NCBI GenBank assembly: GCA_965116555.1
Contig: OZ220698.1
Span: 1,083,106-1,147,105, forward strand
Direction: 5' to 3'
Length of the DNA stretch: 64,000 nt
DNA from: Dehalococcoidia bacterium
GTDB lineage: Bacteria; Chloroflexota; Dehalococcoidia; Lucifugimonadales; QGNO01
The notes under the pieces are model-generated. The model did no database searches. It was not told the DNA's origin and worked only from the letters and a program-made list of their open reading frames with translations. Shown one piece after another: positions 46,560 to 56,444 of this stretch (the first letter of the stretch is position 1; the number at the start of each line of letters is the position of its first letter). The position numbers and the translations under genes were made by a program.

Positions 46560-49316
46560 ATGGTTAGCCAGGACCCGTTTGAGGCACGCGATACCCTGAG
46601 CACGTCTTTGGGAGATATTGCCTACTACCGGTTAGACGCGTTGCAGACCAAACACAACGTTGCTCTGGACCGTCTGCCGGTATCCATCCGTATCCTTCTT
46701 GAAAACGTTCTCCGTAATGTGGACGGTGAGATCATCACGGACAAAGATGTACTCACAATTACTGAGTGGAACCCGGACAGCCTACCTCCAAAAGAGATAC
46801 CCTTCATGCCTTCCAGGGTGCTCTTGCAGGACTTCACCGGCGTTCCCGTTTTTGTAGATCTAGCCAGTATGCGGTCGGCGGTGCGGCGCATGGGCGGGGA
46901 TCCTAACCGGATAAACCCTCTTGTACCCGTAGACCTGGTCATAGACCACTCGGTAAATGTCGACTACTTTGGCAGCCGTGATGCGTTCGGACTTAACTTG
47001 AAGCGGGAATTCGAAAGGAACCAGGAGAGGTACTCTCTGCTCAGATGGGCACAGCAAGCCTTTCAAAACACGCGCGTCCTGCCGCCGGGTATTGGCATTG
47101 TCCATCAAGTAAACCTGGAGTATCTGGCCGATGTAGTTTCCATCAAAGAAACCCAGGACGGCCCCGTAGCTTTCCCCGACACTTTGGTGGGTACCGATTC
47201 CCATACAACCATGGTGAACGGCCTGGGTGTACTTGGCTGGGGAGTCGGCGGCATAGAAGCGGAAGCCGTTATGGTGGGACAGCCTTACTACATGCTGCTT
47301 CCGGAGGTCATTGGCTTCAAGCTAACCGGAGAGCTCGGTGAAGGGGTCACCGCCACTGACCTTGTCCTCACCGTAACTGAGATGCTGAGGAAGAAAGGCG
47401 TCGTGGCAAAGATAGTTGAATTCTATGGTACTGGGCTATCCAAGCTTCCCCTACCCGACCGAGCCACTATATCCAATATGTCGCCGGAGTTTGGCGCAAC
47501 CGCCGCCATATTCCCCGTAGACCAAGAGACGCTGGTCTACCTTGCCGGCACCGGTCGTGACCCGGCCAAAGTGGAGATGGTCAAGGAATACCACCAGGCC
47601 CAGGGATTGTTCCGTACCGATGACAGCCCTGAACCCGAGTTTACGGACACTTTGACCCTTGACCTGAGCGATATAGAGTCCAGCCTTGCCGGGCCACGCC
47701 GTCCTCAAGATCGCGTATCTCTTGGAGATATGAAGCGCTCTTTTAGCGTAGCTCTTGGTGAGGTCTACGGCAATCCAAGGTCGGCTGCAGCGGAAGCCTC
47801 CGATATGAAATCGCAAACCGCTCCGGCGGCCACTGCCGTAGCGGAACCCGAAGGCTTCAAAGTCACGTTGGACAGCGGCGAAGATGTCATGCTTGACCAT
47901 GGCGCCGTGGTCATTTCAGCCATAACCAGTTGTACCAACACGTCCAATCCGTCGGTGATGGTGGGCGCAGGGCTACTCGCAAAAAGAGCTTCTGAGCATG
48001 GCTTGGCAGCCAAGCCATGGGTGAAGACAAGCATGGCGCCCGGTTCCAAGGTCGTCACCGACTACCTGGAGGCCGCCGGGTTGACTTCCTACTTGGAAGA
48101 GCTTGGCTTCTATACAGTAGGTTACGGTTGCACCACCTGTATAGGGAACAGCGGGCCGCTGCCGGAGCCGGTCGCGCAAGCGGTGTCGGAGCACAACATC
48201 ATCTCGGCCGCAGTTCTCAGCGGAAACCGCAACTTTGAAGCGCGTGTCCACCCACAAGTTAAAGCCAACTTCTTGGCTTCGCCCATGCTGGTAGTGGCCT
48301 ATGCCATTGCCGGTACTGTGGATGTCGACCTCACCAATGAACCCCTGGGCAAGGGAGCTGATGGAGAAGACATCTACCTGAGAGACATCTGGCCTTCCCA
48401 GGAGGAGATCAAGCAAACCGTCAATAGCTGCTTGAATCCGGAAACATATCGTCACGAGTACAGCACGGCGATGCAAGGAGACGAACAATGGGCAAGCCTG
48501 CCGGTTCCCGATGGGGAGCTGTACGAATGGGACACAGACTCCACCTACATCCAGGAGTTGCCCATATTCCATGATTTGCCCGTTGAGCCTGAGCCGCTAC
48601 GAGACATCTCTGAGGCTCGGGTACTGGCGGTCTTGGGTGATTCCATAACCACGGACCACATATCTCCAGCGGGCTCTATTTCATCGCAAAGCCCCGCCGG
48701 AGAGTACCTCTTGGCGCATGAGGTACCACAGCGCGACTTCAATACCTATGGCGCCCGTCGCGGCAACCATGAAGTATTGATTAGAGGCACTTTTGCCAAT
48801 GTTAGGCTGCGCAACGCCATGGCCCCGGACACGGAGGGAGGCTGGACGGTACACCTCCCTGAGAAGGAGCAAATGTCCATTTTCGATGCTTCAGTCCGCT
48901 ACCTGGAAGACGACGTGCCTTTGCTTGTCCTGGCCGGCAAAGAATACGGTTCCGGCAGTTCCCGGGACTGGGCCGCCAAGGGTCCCTACCTCATGGGAGT
49001 GAAAGCCGTTATTGCGGAGAGCTACGAGCGCATACATCGCAGTAACCTCATCGGCATGGGGGTCTTGCCCCTGCAATTCCTGGATGGCGAAAACCGTGAT
49101 TCGCTGGGACTTACCGGGTTCGAGACTTTTGACGTTTCCAGCATAGCCGACGGCTTGGCTCCAGGAAAGGTAATAGACGTGTCTGCCAGACGGGAGGACG
49201 GGAGTGAAGTTAACTTCAAGGCAATAGTGCGCATAGATACGCCAATTGAGGTCGAGTACTACCGACATGGAGGCGTTTTGCAGTACGTTTTGCGACAGAT
49301 ACTAAAGACGGCTTGA
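46560..49316 (+). CDS. acnA: Aconitate hydratase A
   Basis: LQDFTGVP, GTDSHTTM, ITSCTNTSNP, GCTTCIGNSG, GSGSSRDWAAKG. Confidence 0.97.
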   Translation: MVSQDPFEARDTLSTSLGDIAYYRLDALQTKHNVALDRLPVSIRILLENVLRNVDGEIITDKDVLTITEWNPDSLPPKEIPFMPSRVLLQDFTGVPVFVDLASMRSAVRRMGGDPNRINPLVPVDLVIDHSVNVDYFGSRDAFGLNLKREFERNQERYSLLRWAQQAFQNTRVLPPGIGIVHQVNLEYLADVVSIKETQDGPVAFPDTLVGTDSHTTMVNGLGVLGWGVGGIEAEAVMVGQPYYMLLPEVIGFKLTGELGEGVTATDLVLTVTEMLRKKGVVAKIVEFYGTGLSKLPLPDRATISNMSPEFGATAAIFPVDQETLVYLAGTGRDPAKVEMVKEYHQAQGLFRTDDSPEPEFTDTLTLDLSDIESSLAGPRRPQDRVSLGDMKRSFSVALGEVYGNPRSAAAEASDMKSQTAPAATAVAEPEGFKVTLDSGEDVMLDHGAVVISAITSCTNTSNPSVMVGAGLLAKRASEHGLAAKPWVKTSMAPGSKVVTDYLEAAGLTSYLEELGFYTVGYGCTTCIGNSGPLPEPVAQAVSEHNIISAAVLSGNRNFEARVHPQVKANFLASPMLVVAYAIAGTVDVDLTNEPLGKGADGEDIYLRDIWPSQEEIKQTVNSCLNPETYRHEYSTAMQGDEQWASLPVPDGELYEWDTDSTYIQELPIFHDLPVEPEPLRDISEARVLAVLGDSITTDHISPAGSISSQSPAGEYLLAHEVPQRDFNTYGARRGNHEVLIRGTFANVRLRNAMAPDTEGGWTVHLPEKEQMSIFDASVRYLEDDVPLLVLAGKEYGSGSSRDWAAKGPYLMGVKAVIAESYERIHRSNLIGMGVLPLQFLDGENRDSLGLTGFETFDVSSIADGLAPGKVIDVSARREDGSEVNFKAIVRIDTPIEVEYYRHGGVLQYVLRQILKTA

Positions 49317-49375
49317 ATGGCGTCTGCTAGAATTCCTAGGTACACTAGGACGTTAGAGGGGGTGCACACCTAGAT

Positions 49376-50002
49376 ATGTTTAGTGCATCAGTTTTGCCCG
49401 AACTGGCGCTATCGATACTGGCGGCTTATCTCATTGGCTCTATACCAATAGCCGCGCTGGTCAGCCGCATACGCGGGGTGGACATCTTCTCCACGGGAAC
49501 CGGTTTGGCTGGCGCAGCCAACGTTTTGCGAAACGTTGGCTACGTTGAAGGCTTGGTAGTTTTTACTGGAGACGCTTTAAAGGGCATACTGGCCATAGTC
49601 GTAGCTTCATGGCTAGGCATAAGTGGAGAGGCTATACTGATCCCCGCACTTGCTACTCTTGCTGGGCATTGGAAGCCGTTCTTAACAAAGTTCCGCGGCG
49701 GCGATGGTTTGTCCCCCCTGGTAGGCATCACGATAGCCGTGATTCCGTTGTTCGGGTTGCTTGCAGTTGTAACCGGCGGCGCGGTAGCGGGCATTGCCAA
49801 TCTCGCGGGCAGACATGCCTCTGTGTGGGGTGGCATAGCAGGCTACGGTTTCTTGCTGGTGCAGGCCCCCTTCACACAGGTTGATACCACTACGGCCTTG
49901 GGAATTGTGGCTCTTGCGCTCGCGGTCATGACACACGGAATAATTGGGCACCGTCGCCGGGCCGGAGGTCAGGAATCACAGGAAGCACTGATCGAATCGT
50001 AG
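49376..50002 (+). CDS. plsY: Glycerol-3-phosphate acyltransferase PlsY-like
   Basis: AYLIGSIP, GTGLAGAANV, DALKG, GHW.PF...FRGG.G. Confidence 0.8.
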   Translation: MFSASVLPELALSILAAYLIGSIPIAALVSRIRGVDIFSTGTGLAGAANVLRNVGYVEGLVVFTGDALKGILAIVVASWLGISGEAILIPALATLAGHWKPFLTKFRGGDGLSPLVGITIAVIPLFGLLAVVTGGAVAGIANLAGRHASVWGGIAGYGFLLVQAPFTQVDTTTALGIVALALAVMTHGIIGHRRRAGGQESQEALIES

Positions 50003-50009
50003 CCAGTTG

Positions 50010-50086
50010 TGGTCGGGGTGCCCGGACTTGAACCGGGGGCCTCTGCGTCCCAAACGCAGCGCTCTGCCAAACTGAGCTACACCCCG
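50010..50086 (-). tRNA. tRNA-Pro (UGG)
   Basis: CGGGGTGTAGCTCAG...CTGCG-TTTGGGA-CGCAG...GGTTCAAGTCC...CACCCCGACCA. Confidence 0.95.
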
Positions 50087-50179
50087 CTAGGTTTATCCTA
50101 TGGTCACAGCGGGCTATGGGTCAATGATACGGTGGCCTATTATACAGAATACACTCTTGAGAACCTTAGGGGAGGCTAA

Positions 50180-52513
50180 ATGGCTGCAATATCCCTGACA
50201 AGTGATGCTTTGACTTCGGCTCTTCCCGACACCTCGTCACCTCTGGCTCTACCGGGAATGCAATCGGCCGCCGAAGTCATCCGCGACAGATTCGGCATTC
50301 CTCACGTAAAGGCAACATCAAGCTGGGACGCCTTCTTTGCCCAGGGCTTTGTCACCGCCCAGGACAGGCTTTGGCATATGGACCTAGACAAGCACAGGGC
50401 TTATGGTCGCTGGGCCGAATTTGCCGGGCCGCCAGGATTAGAGCAGGACTTGATGATGCGGCGTTTCCGGCTTGGAGAAAGCGCTCAAGCGGATTACAAC
50501 GCAATCGATCAATCCAGCCGCAGTATGCTGGAAGCCTATTCTGCGGGCGTAAACGCATTCATCTCAACCACTGCTGCCCTGCCAGTGGAGTACGCCCTAG
50601 TAGGAGCCGCTCCCGAACCGTGGCAGCCCTGGGACTCGCTAGCCGTTCTCAAACTACGCCACATATTCATGGGCACATTTGAATCCAAGACATGGCGCGC
50701 CAAATTGGTCAACCACCTGGGGCCTGAGAAAGCCGCCGCCCTCCTTCCCGGCTATCAGAAAGGACAACTCCTGATCCTGCCTCCCGGCGCGGAATACCTG
50801 GGAGACCAGACAGACGTGTTGGAGGAGCTGAGCAAAGGGGCCAACGCCGCCTACTGGCTTCAAGAACACGACGCCGGCAGCAACAACTGGGTTGTTTCCG
50901 GAAGCAGGACCGCATCGGGAAAGCCCCTGCTAGCAGGCGATCCCCACCGTGCCCTGGATACGCCCAACGTCTATTATCAGAACCACATATCCTGTCCGGA
51001 CTTCGACGGCATCGGGCTCTCCTTCCCAGGAGTGCCCGGCTTCCCTCACTTTGGCCACAACCGGCACGTTGCCTGGTGCGTTACCCATACCGGCGCCGAT
51101 TATCAGGACTTATTCGTCGAGCGGTTCAAAGATGGTAACCCAACCAAGTACGAGTTCAAGGGTAGCTGGCTGGACGCCGAAGTGCACAAAGAGACCATCC
51201 TGGTTCGCGGCGCCGACCCCGTTGAAATCAACGTAACGGTGACGCACCACGGGCCCGTCATATCCGGGGACCCGTCCCAAGGCAGCGGAATCTCCTTTTG
51301 CTACAGCGCCACCGCCGGGCCCAACAACGCCGCCGATGCTCTGCTCGGCATGCTCACCTCCGAGTCCACAGACGAATTGCAAGAGGCCATACGTCCCTGG
51401 GTAGACCCTTGCAACAACTTCCTATTCGCGGACGTGCACGGCAACATCGGGTACCGCACCCGCGGCCGGTTGCCCGTAAGGTCACGCGCCAACGCCTGGC
51501 TGCCCGTGCCCGGCTGGACGGGAGAGCACGAATGGACAGGCGCAGTCCCATTCGAGGAGATGCCGCATCTCACAAACCCTGAGCAGGGCTATATCGTCAC
51601 CGCCAACAACAAGGTAATCGACGACTCCTACCCTCACTACATCGCCCTGGACTTCGCTCCCGGTTTCAGAGCCAGTCGTATAAATGAAAGGCTGCTCCGC
51701 ATAGACAACGTCACCGTGGACGACATGGCCTCCGTTCATAAGGAAAAGACCTCTATTCCCGGACAGGCCTTTGCCAAGCTGCTGATAGACGTGCCCACCC
51801 AGGACGAGCTCTCCTCCCAAGCCAAGGACGTACTGATTGGCTGGGACGGCGTGGTACAGCAGGACGGCGCAGCCCCCACCATCTACAACGCCTTTCGAGA
51901 TAATCTGGTCAAACTGGTCTTGCAGCCTTACCTCGGCTCTCTGGCCGGGGACGCCTTCGACACCCTGGGCAGGGGCGGCCCGGCGCACATCGGACGGCTC
52001 AAGTCCAAGTTCCACACCATGATTGAAGAGGACGACCATACTCTCCTCCCACCGGGCGCAGACTGGCAGTCGCTGATGAGCACGGCGCTTGCTCAGGCCG
52101 CGAAACAGCTGGAGGAGATGCTGGGGCCGGACGTAGAGGGATGGCTTTGGAGCAAGCTGCATCGCACCAAGCCGCGGCACCCGCTATCGGCGCTGTTCCC
52201 TGAGTCCGCCCAAGTGCTCGACCCACCGTCATTCCCCATGGACGGCGACGCCGATACTCCCCTTGCCGCTTCCTACCCCATGGCGGAGCCGTTCACGGTC
52301 ATGGGCATGTCCGTAGCAAGGTACGTCTTTGACTTGAGCGACTGGGACAATTCCAGATGGATAGTGCCCCTTGGCTCGTCCGGCCATCCGGGAAGCCCGC
52401 ACTATGCAGACCAGGCCGCCATATGGGCCAACGTTGAACTGATCCCCATGCTCTACGACTGGACCGGGCTGGAGCAGCAGGCCGAATCCCGTCAGGAGCT
52501 GAAGCCAGAATAA
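50180..52513 (+). CDS. Penicillin acylase family (Ntn hydrolase, S45)
   Basis: RDRFGIPH, AQDRLW, GSNNWVVSG, GHPGSPHYADQ. Confidence 0.93.
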   Translation: MAAISLTSDALTSALPDTSSPLALPGMQSAAEVIRDRFGIPHVKATSSWDAFFAQGFVTAQDRLWHMDLDKHRAYGRWAEFAGPPGLEQDLMMRRFRLGESAQADYNAIDQSSRSMLEAYSAGVNAFISTTAALPVEYALVGAAPEPWQPWDSLAVLKLRHIFMGTFESKTWRAKLVNHLGPEKAAALLPGYQKGQLLILPPGAEYLGDQTDVLEELSKGANAAYWLQEHDAGSNNWVVSGSRTASGKPLLAGDPHRALDTPNVYYQNHISCPDFDGIGLSFPGVPGFPHFGHNRHVAWCVTHTGADYQDLFVERFKDGNPTKYEFKGSWLDAEVHKETILVRGADPVEINVTVTHHGPVISGDPSQGSGISFCYSATAGPNNAADALLGMLTSESTDELQEAIRPWVDPCNNFLFADVHGNIGYRTRGRLPVRSRANAWLPVPGWTGEHEWTGAVPFEEMPHLTNPEQGYIVTANNKVIDDSYPHYIALDFAPGFRASRINERLLRIDNVTVDDMASVHKEKTSIPGQAFAKLLIDVPTQDELSSQAKDVLIGWDGVVQQDGAAPTIYNAFRDNLVKLVLQPYLGSLAGDAFDTLGRGGPAHIGRLKSKFHTMIEEDDHTLLPPGADWQSLMSTALAQAAKQLEEMLGPDVEGWLWSKLHRTKPRHPLSALFPESAQVLDPPSFPMDGDADTPLAASYPMAEPFTVMGMSVARYVFDLSDWDNSRWIVPLGSSGHPGSPHYADQAAIWANVELIPMLYDWTGLEQQAESRQELKPE

Positions 52514-52531
52514 CCACCAAAGGAGTCTACT

Positions 52532-53311
52532 ATGCGTCCCAACAAGATAAAGGCCATGTGGCGCGAGGGCAAACCCGCAGCGGCGGGATGGTTGTCCACG
52601 GGCAACACCTACCTGGCCGAGGCCATGGCCCACGCCGGATACGACACCGTAATCATCGACATGCAGCACGGCATGGGCGTCACCGAGGACATAGCCATCG
52701 CCTGCATGCAGGCGATCTCCACCACCGATACCGTTCCCATGGTGCGCCTGCCCTGGAACGACCCCCGGGTCATACAGTCCGTTCTCGACGCCGGCGCATA
52801 TGGCGTCATTGTTCCCCTGGTCAACACCTATGAGGACGCCGTTGCCGCGGGACGCGCCTCTCGCTATCCGCCCATCGGCGACAGGAGCTTTGGCGCAAAC
52901 CGCGCCCGCTTCTACGCGGGAGCGGACTACGCGGAGCACGCCAACGACGAAATCATAGTGCTGGTGATGATAGAGACGCTGCAGGCCGTGGAAAACCTGG
53001 AGCAGATAGCCCAAGCTCCCGGCATAGACGGCTTCTACATCGGCCCGTCCGACCTGGCCGTCTCCATGGGGCTGTCCCCCGGCCCGGACGCCTTCAAGCA
53101 CCCCGATCACCTGGCGGCCTGCCAGCGCGTTCTTGACGTAGGGAACGCTACCGGCATGGTGCCCTGCCATCACGGCGTCGGTCCCGCCGACGCGGCCCGA
53201 CTCTTTGCCCAGGGGTTCAAGCTCTGCCAGATAGGCAGCGACATCCTCATGGTGACCAACGGCGCAGCCAGCGCCTTAAAAACGCTGGCAGAAGAACGGG
53301 GGAAGGTTTAG
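52532..53311 (+). CDS. HpcH/HpaI aldolase family protein
   Basis: IDMQHG, LDAGAYG, MIET, YIGPSDL. Confidence 0.9.
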   Translation: MRPNKIKAMWREGKPAAAGWLSTGNTYLAEAMAHAGYDTVIIDMQHGMGVTEDIAIACMQAISTTDTVPMVRLPWNDPRVIQSVLDAGAYGVIVPLVNTYEDAVAAGRASRYPPIGDRSFGANRARFYAGADYAEHANDEIIVLVMIETLQAVENLEQIAQAPGIDGFYIGPSDLAVSMGLSPGPDAFKHPDHLAACQRVLDVGNATGMVPCHHGVGPADAARLFAQGFKLCQIGSDILMVTNGAASALKTLAEERGKV

Positions 53312-53325
53312 GGACAGGGACAACC

Positions 53326-54672
53326 TCACGCCCCCGCTCCAGACAGCACGGGCGATGCGGCGCGCAGACCGGCTATCGGGCAGCTTCCGCAGGCCGGGGT
53401 TACGCACGAGGAGCACCCGCCGCCCGCAGATGCCACGGGCAGCGCTCGCTCCGGCGGCGTCTTTACCTTCGTTTTATCGCCGAGGGCGAAGTCCATCTTC
53501 AGTTGCCGCGACTGCTCTGGCTTGTAGCCGTTGAATCCCACGAACGCCTTTGCCCTTTTGACCACCACTCCCATGGCCTGCAGGTCGCGCCAGGTGTCTA
53601 TGCGGTGTTCTGACCTGTACTTCACTATCCGCTCCGCGGAGGTCGGTCCCACGCCGGGAACCCTGATGAGCTGTCTGTAATCGGCGTGGTTCACGTCGAC
53701 GATGTTCCCCCAGAGCTGGTCCAGCGCCACCTGCAGCTTGGGATCAACGTCCATTGAAAGATGGCCCTTGGGATCGAAGGCGGTCTTCAATTCCTCCGCC
53801 GAGTAGCCGTATATCCTGCTCAGCCAGTCGGTCTGATAGAGGCGGTGCGCTCTCATCATGGGCGTGGCGGGATGCTCCTCCAGCGGGGTGTAACGGGCGG
53901 GACGAAACGGCTGGTAGTAGACGCGCTTGAAGCCCCACTGACCGTAGAGCTGCGTCATCCGCTGGTATATGTCCCAGTCCGATTCATCGGCGGCGCCAAC
54001 CACCATCTGGGTAGCCTGTCCTACCGCACCACCCTTGCCATCGTCTTTTATCAGGCGGTGTATGGCCGACATTGGGTCCAGTATGTGCGACTGGTAGTCT
54101 TTCATCGTGCTCAGGCGCTCCATGTGGGCCTGTGAAGGGGTCTCTATGTTGATCGACAAGCGCGTGCCGAGGCGGTAGGCCGCCTCCAGGTATTCCTCCG
54201 TAGCGCCCGGCATAACCTTGAGATGGATGTACCCCTTGAACTTGTAGCGGTTGCGCACAACGTCTACCACATCTATCAGCTTGCTCATGGTCTTGTCGGG
54301 GCTGCCCGAGATACCGGAACTGAGGAACAGGCCGTCCACGGTATGCCTGCCGTGCATCTCCATGAACAGCTTGGCCAGCTCGTCCACTTTGAACCCGTAC
54401 CGCCTGCGGGGCACCCAGGTGCTGTTGGGGCAGTAGAAGCAGTCGTACTTGCAGACGTCGGTGAACATAACCCGCATCAGAGAGATGGTCTTGCCGCCGG
54501 GCATGATCGCCTTGTAGACTCCGGCGGGCATGTCGCGGTTTCTGGACTGCGAATAGGCGTTCCTGGGCATGTTAAAGCGTCGCGCCGCATCCTCCGACAG
54601 CACGTCGTCCCCTGCCATACCTCCCAGCAGCCGCAGCTTGTCATAGGCGTCCGGTGCGGTCCTAACCAGCAT
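53326..54672 (-). CDS. Putative DNA modification/repair radical SAM protein with HhH motif (TIGR03916-like)
   Basis: CKYDCFYC, GLFLSSG, GYIHLKVMPG, HRLYQTDWL, RVPGVGP; AGGAGG RBS before MLVRTAP. Confidence 0.88.
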   Translation of the reverse strand: MLVRTAPDAYDKLRLLGGMAGDDVLSEDAARRFNMPRNAYSQSRNRDMPAGVYKAIMPGGKTISLMRVMFTDVCKYDCFYCPNSTWVPRRRYGFKVDELAKLFMEMHGRHTVDGLFLSSGISGSPDKTMSKLIDVVDVVRNRYKFKGYIHLKVMPGATEEYLEAAYRLGTRLSINIETPSQAHMERLSTMKDYQSHILDPMSAIHRLIKDDGKGGAVGQATQMVVGAADESDWDIYQRMTQLYGQWGFKRVYYQPFRPARYTPLEEHPATPMMRAHRLYQTDWLSRIYGYSAEELKTAFDPKGHLSMDVDPKLQVALDQLWGNIVDVNHADYRQLIRVPGVGPTSAERIVKYRSEHRIDTWRDLQAMGVVVKRAKAFVGFNGYKPEQSRQLKMDFALGDKTKVKTPPERALPVASAGGGCSSCVTPACGSCPIAGLRAASPVLSGAGA

Positions 54673-54688
54673 AATGACCTCCTGAAAA

Positions 54689-54702
54689 AGAACTGATGTT
54701 CT
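54689..54702. promoter_or_regulatory. LexA (SOS) box
   Basis: AGAAC-TGAT-GTTCT between a minus-strand TTGACA (54727-54732) and the RBS of the radical SAM gene. Confidence 0.78.
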
Positions 54703-54774
54703 ATTTGATGACGTCAGGAATGCTCTTGTCAAGGGGTCTATGACGTGCCACGGGACTTTGCTTTGCAGGGGGTC

Positions 54775-54955
54775 AGGGTGAGGTTGAACACTGGACAAAA
54801 AGTGGCGTTTTTTGCGTCGAAAAGGGGTTTTTGGCACAAAATGGCGTTTGATGGTGGAGTCGTGTTGTGCCTGAGAAGGGGGAATCGTTTCCAACATTAT
54901 GTTAAGTACAAGGCTAAATACGAGCCAAATTTTGGCGGAGGTGAGAAACGAATCA
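54775..54955 (-). repeat. ~180-bp structured element with Xer/dif-like core, copy 2 (inverted relative to copy 1)
   Basis: gggaatcgttt-ccaaca-ttatgttaagt at 54880-54907; shares gtgcctgagaagg and flanks with copy 1. Confidence 0.75.
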
Positions 54956-55035
54956 AATTCCGGGGCAAGGTTGAGGTCAGAAATCCGTCGAGGTGGGGCG
55001 GTTTTTGTCCGGAGAAGTGCGGCCCTCCTCCCAAC

Positions 55036-55243
55036 CCCTGGATTCCCGATCGGGTCGGGAATGACGGATGAGGAAATGGACAGGCGGTAGCTACAGGTAG
55101 TGCTCATGGATAGAGGATAAGGGGAGAGTGCAGGAGTGAGAAAGTAGGAAATGTCTGAGCATCACGCTGGGATCCAAGAGACGCCCTGCCCTACCGCTGC
55201 TTCACCCCCATCTCAATCTTCCCCCGTCAATGGGGAAGAGGTT
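55036..55243 (-). repeat. Palindromic repeat units in reverse orientation
   Basis: GGATTCCCGA...TCGGGAATGAC and TTCACCCCCATCTCAATCTTCCCCCGTCAATGGGGAAGAGGTT. Confidence 0.75.
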
Positions 55244-55304
55244 CGCACAAAAGCTGATGCAATGAGCTATATGGTTTAACATAGGCAAAAAGAGGGATTT
55301 GAAG

Positions 55305-55844
55305 ATGAAACCCATCGAAGCGATTGTTTTCAACTACCAACGGACTCACGAGCGCGCCATAGGTGCGGTCAGCGAGCTATCAGACGATCAACTCAAGTGG
55401 CGTCCCAACCTGACGGCGCCATCCATCGGCTTCCATATCTGGCACATGGCGCGGTGGGCCGATGATCTCGTCGAGACTATCAAAGGACCAGGGAGCGAGA
55501 TATGGCAAAGGGAAGGAGTTGCTGAGAGATGGGGCCTGACTCCGAGCAATTTAGGCCAAGCAGAGACGGGCGCAGGTATGGGTGACGATATGTCTGGGAA
55601 CTTGAGGTTGCCTGCAAGGGATGAGATATTGGACTACGTCCGGAGAGCATTCTCCGCCGCATATGAAGCCGTATCGTCTCTTAGCGAAAGCTCTTTCGAA
55701 AGGCCCAGCTATTCAAGAGGCCACGGAGAAGAGCAGCCCATTGGCGACATAGTGGTAAGTGCAATCACTCATAACAACCGCCACCTGGGAATGATGGAAG
55801 CCCTTAGAGGCTTGCTGGGTATGCCGGGCACAGCAACCGTGTGA
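55305..55844 (+). CDS. DinB family protein
   Basis: SIGFHIWHMARW, HNNRHLG. Confidence 0.85.
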   Translation: MKPIEAIVFNYQRTHERAIGAVSELSDDQLKWRPNLTAPSIGFHIWHMARWADDLVETIKGPGSEIWQREGVAERWGLTPSNLGQAETGAGMGDDMSGNLRLPARDEILDYVRRAFSAAYEAVSSLSESSFERPSYSRGHGEEQPIGDIVVSAITHNNRHLGMMEALRGLLGMPGTATV

Positions 55845-55853
55845 CTCCGGAAG

Positions 55854-56213
55854 CTACGCCGCTTCCACGTCGGTGAGGTCGGCCAGGAGCAGGTAAGGTT
55901 CGCCCCACTGACTAGCGTCGTCCAGACTCCATTCGCCTGCATCGTGATCCGGCGTCAGTCGCAGGCCGAAGTCGCCGCCGTGTATCAGAAACGAGAACCC
56001 TGCGCCTGAATCGCCCACCTTGGCGCAGAACGCCTCACAGGCGGAGCCGTCCTCATCGCTGCACCAACCGGTGACCAGACACCAGCCGTAGGAGCCGTCC
56101 GGCCGTTCCACCCTAACGCGTGATACTTGCCAAGGCTCTTCCAAGGCTTCAAAGACCTGCTGAGGGTGGTAGTCGCAGTTCGGGCTGGGTTCCACTTCCA
56201 CGGTTATAATCAT
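55854..56213 (-). CDS. Hypothetical protein
   Basis: 119-aa acidic ORF, ATGA-coupled to the upstream small ORF. Confidence 0.7.
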   Translation of the reverse strand: MIITVEVEPSPNCDYHPQQVFEALEEPWQVSRVRVERPDGSYGWCLVTGWCSDEDGSACEAFCAKVGDSGAGFSFLIHGGDFGLRLTPDHDAGEWSLDDASQWGEPYLLLADLTDVEAA

Positions 56214-56437
56214 TCGTCTGCCAGCACCGTCTTGAGCCGAGAATCAAGCGTTGGCAACCAGTCCTCAAGAGACGTGGTCAGGGGAACCGTGATCTCAATC
56301 ATCCCGGCTTCACTTTTCCTGACGGAGCCAGGGTCCTCCTTGGACAGGTCAACCCTTATATGTTCACGGTCGATTCCGTGGGCATCGGTAACTTCAAAGA
56401 TGAGGCCCATGTCGGACATGGAAATGATGTCTTCCAT
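56210..56437 (-). CDS. Hypothetical small protein
   Basis: MEDIISMSDMGLIFEVTD...; starts just after the amidase stop. Confidence 0.65.
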   Translation of the reverse strand: MEDIISMSDMGLIFEVTDAHGIDREHIRVDLSKEDPGSVRKSEAGMIEITVPLTTSLEDWLPTLDSRLKTVLADE

Positions 56438-56444
56438 GACAGGC

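Noticed and set aside
50010-50086. Integrative element at tRNA-Pro or tRNA-Arg
   Set aside because: No integrase and no duplicated tRNA 3' end were found in the window.
42300-55300. Replication origin or terminus call from the change in skew and repeat orientation
   Set aside because: There is no dnaA or DnaA-box cluster and no canonical dif with a XerC-like arm. The evidence is insufficient without a whole-contig skew analysis.
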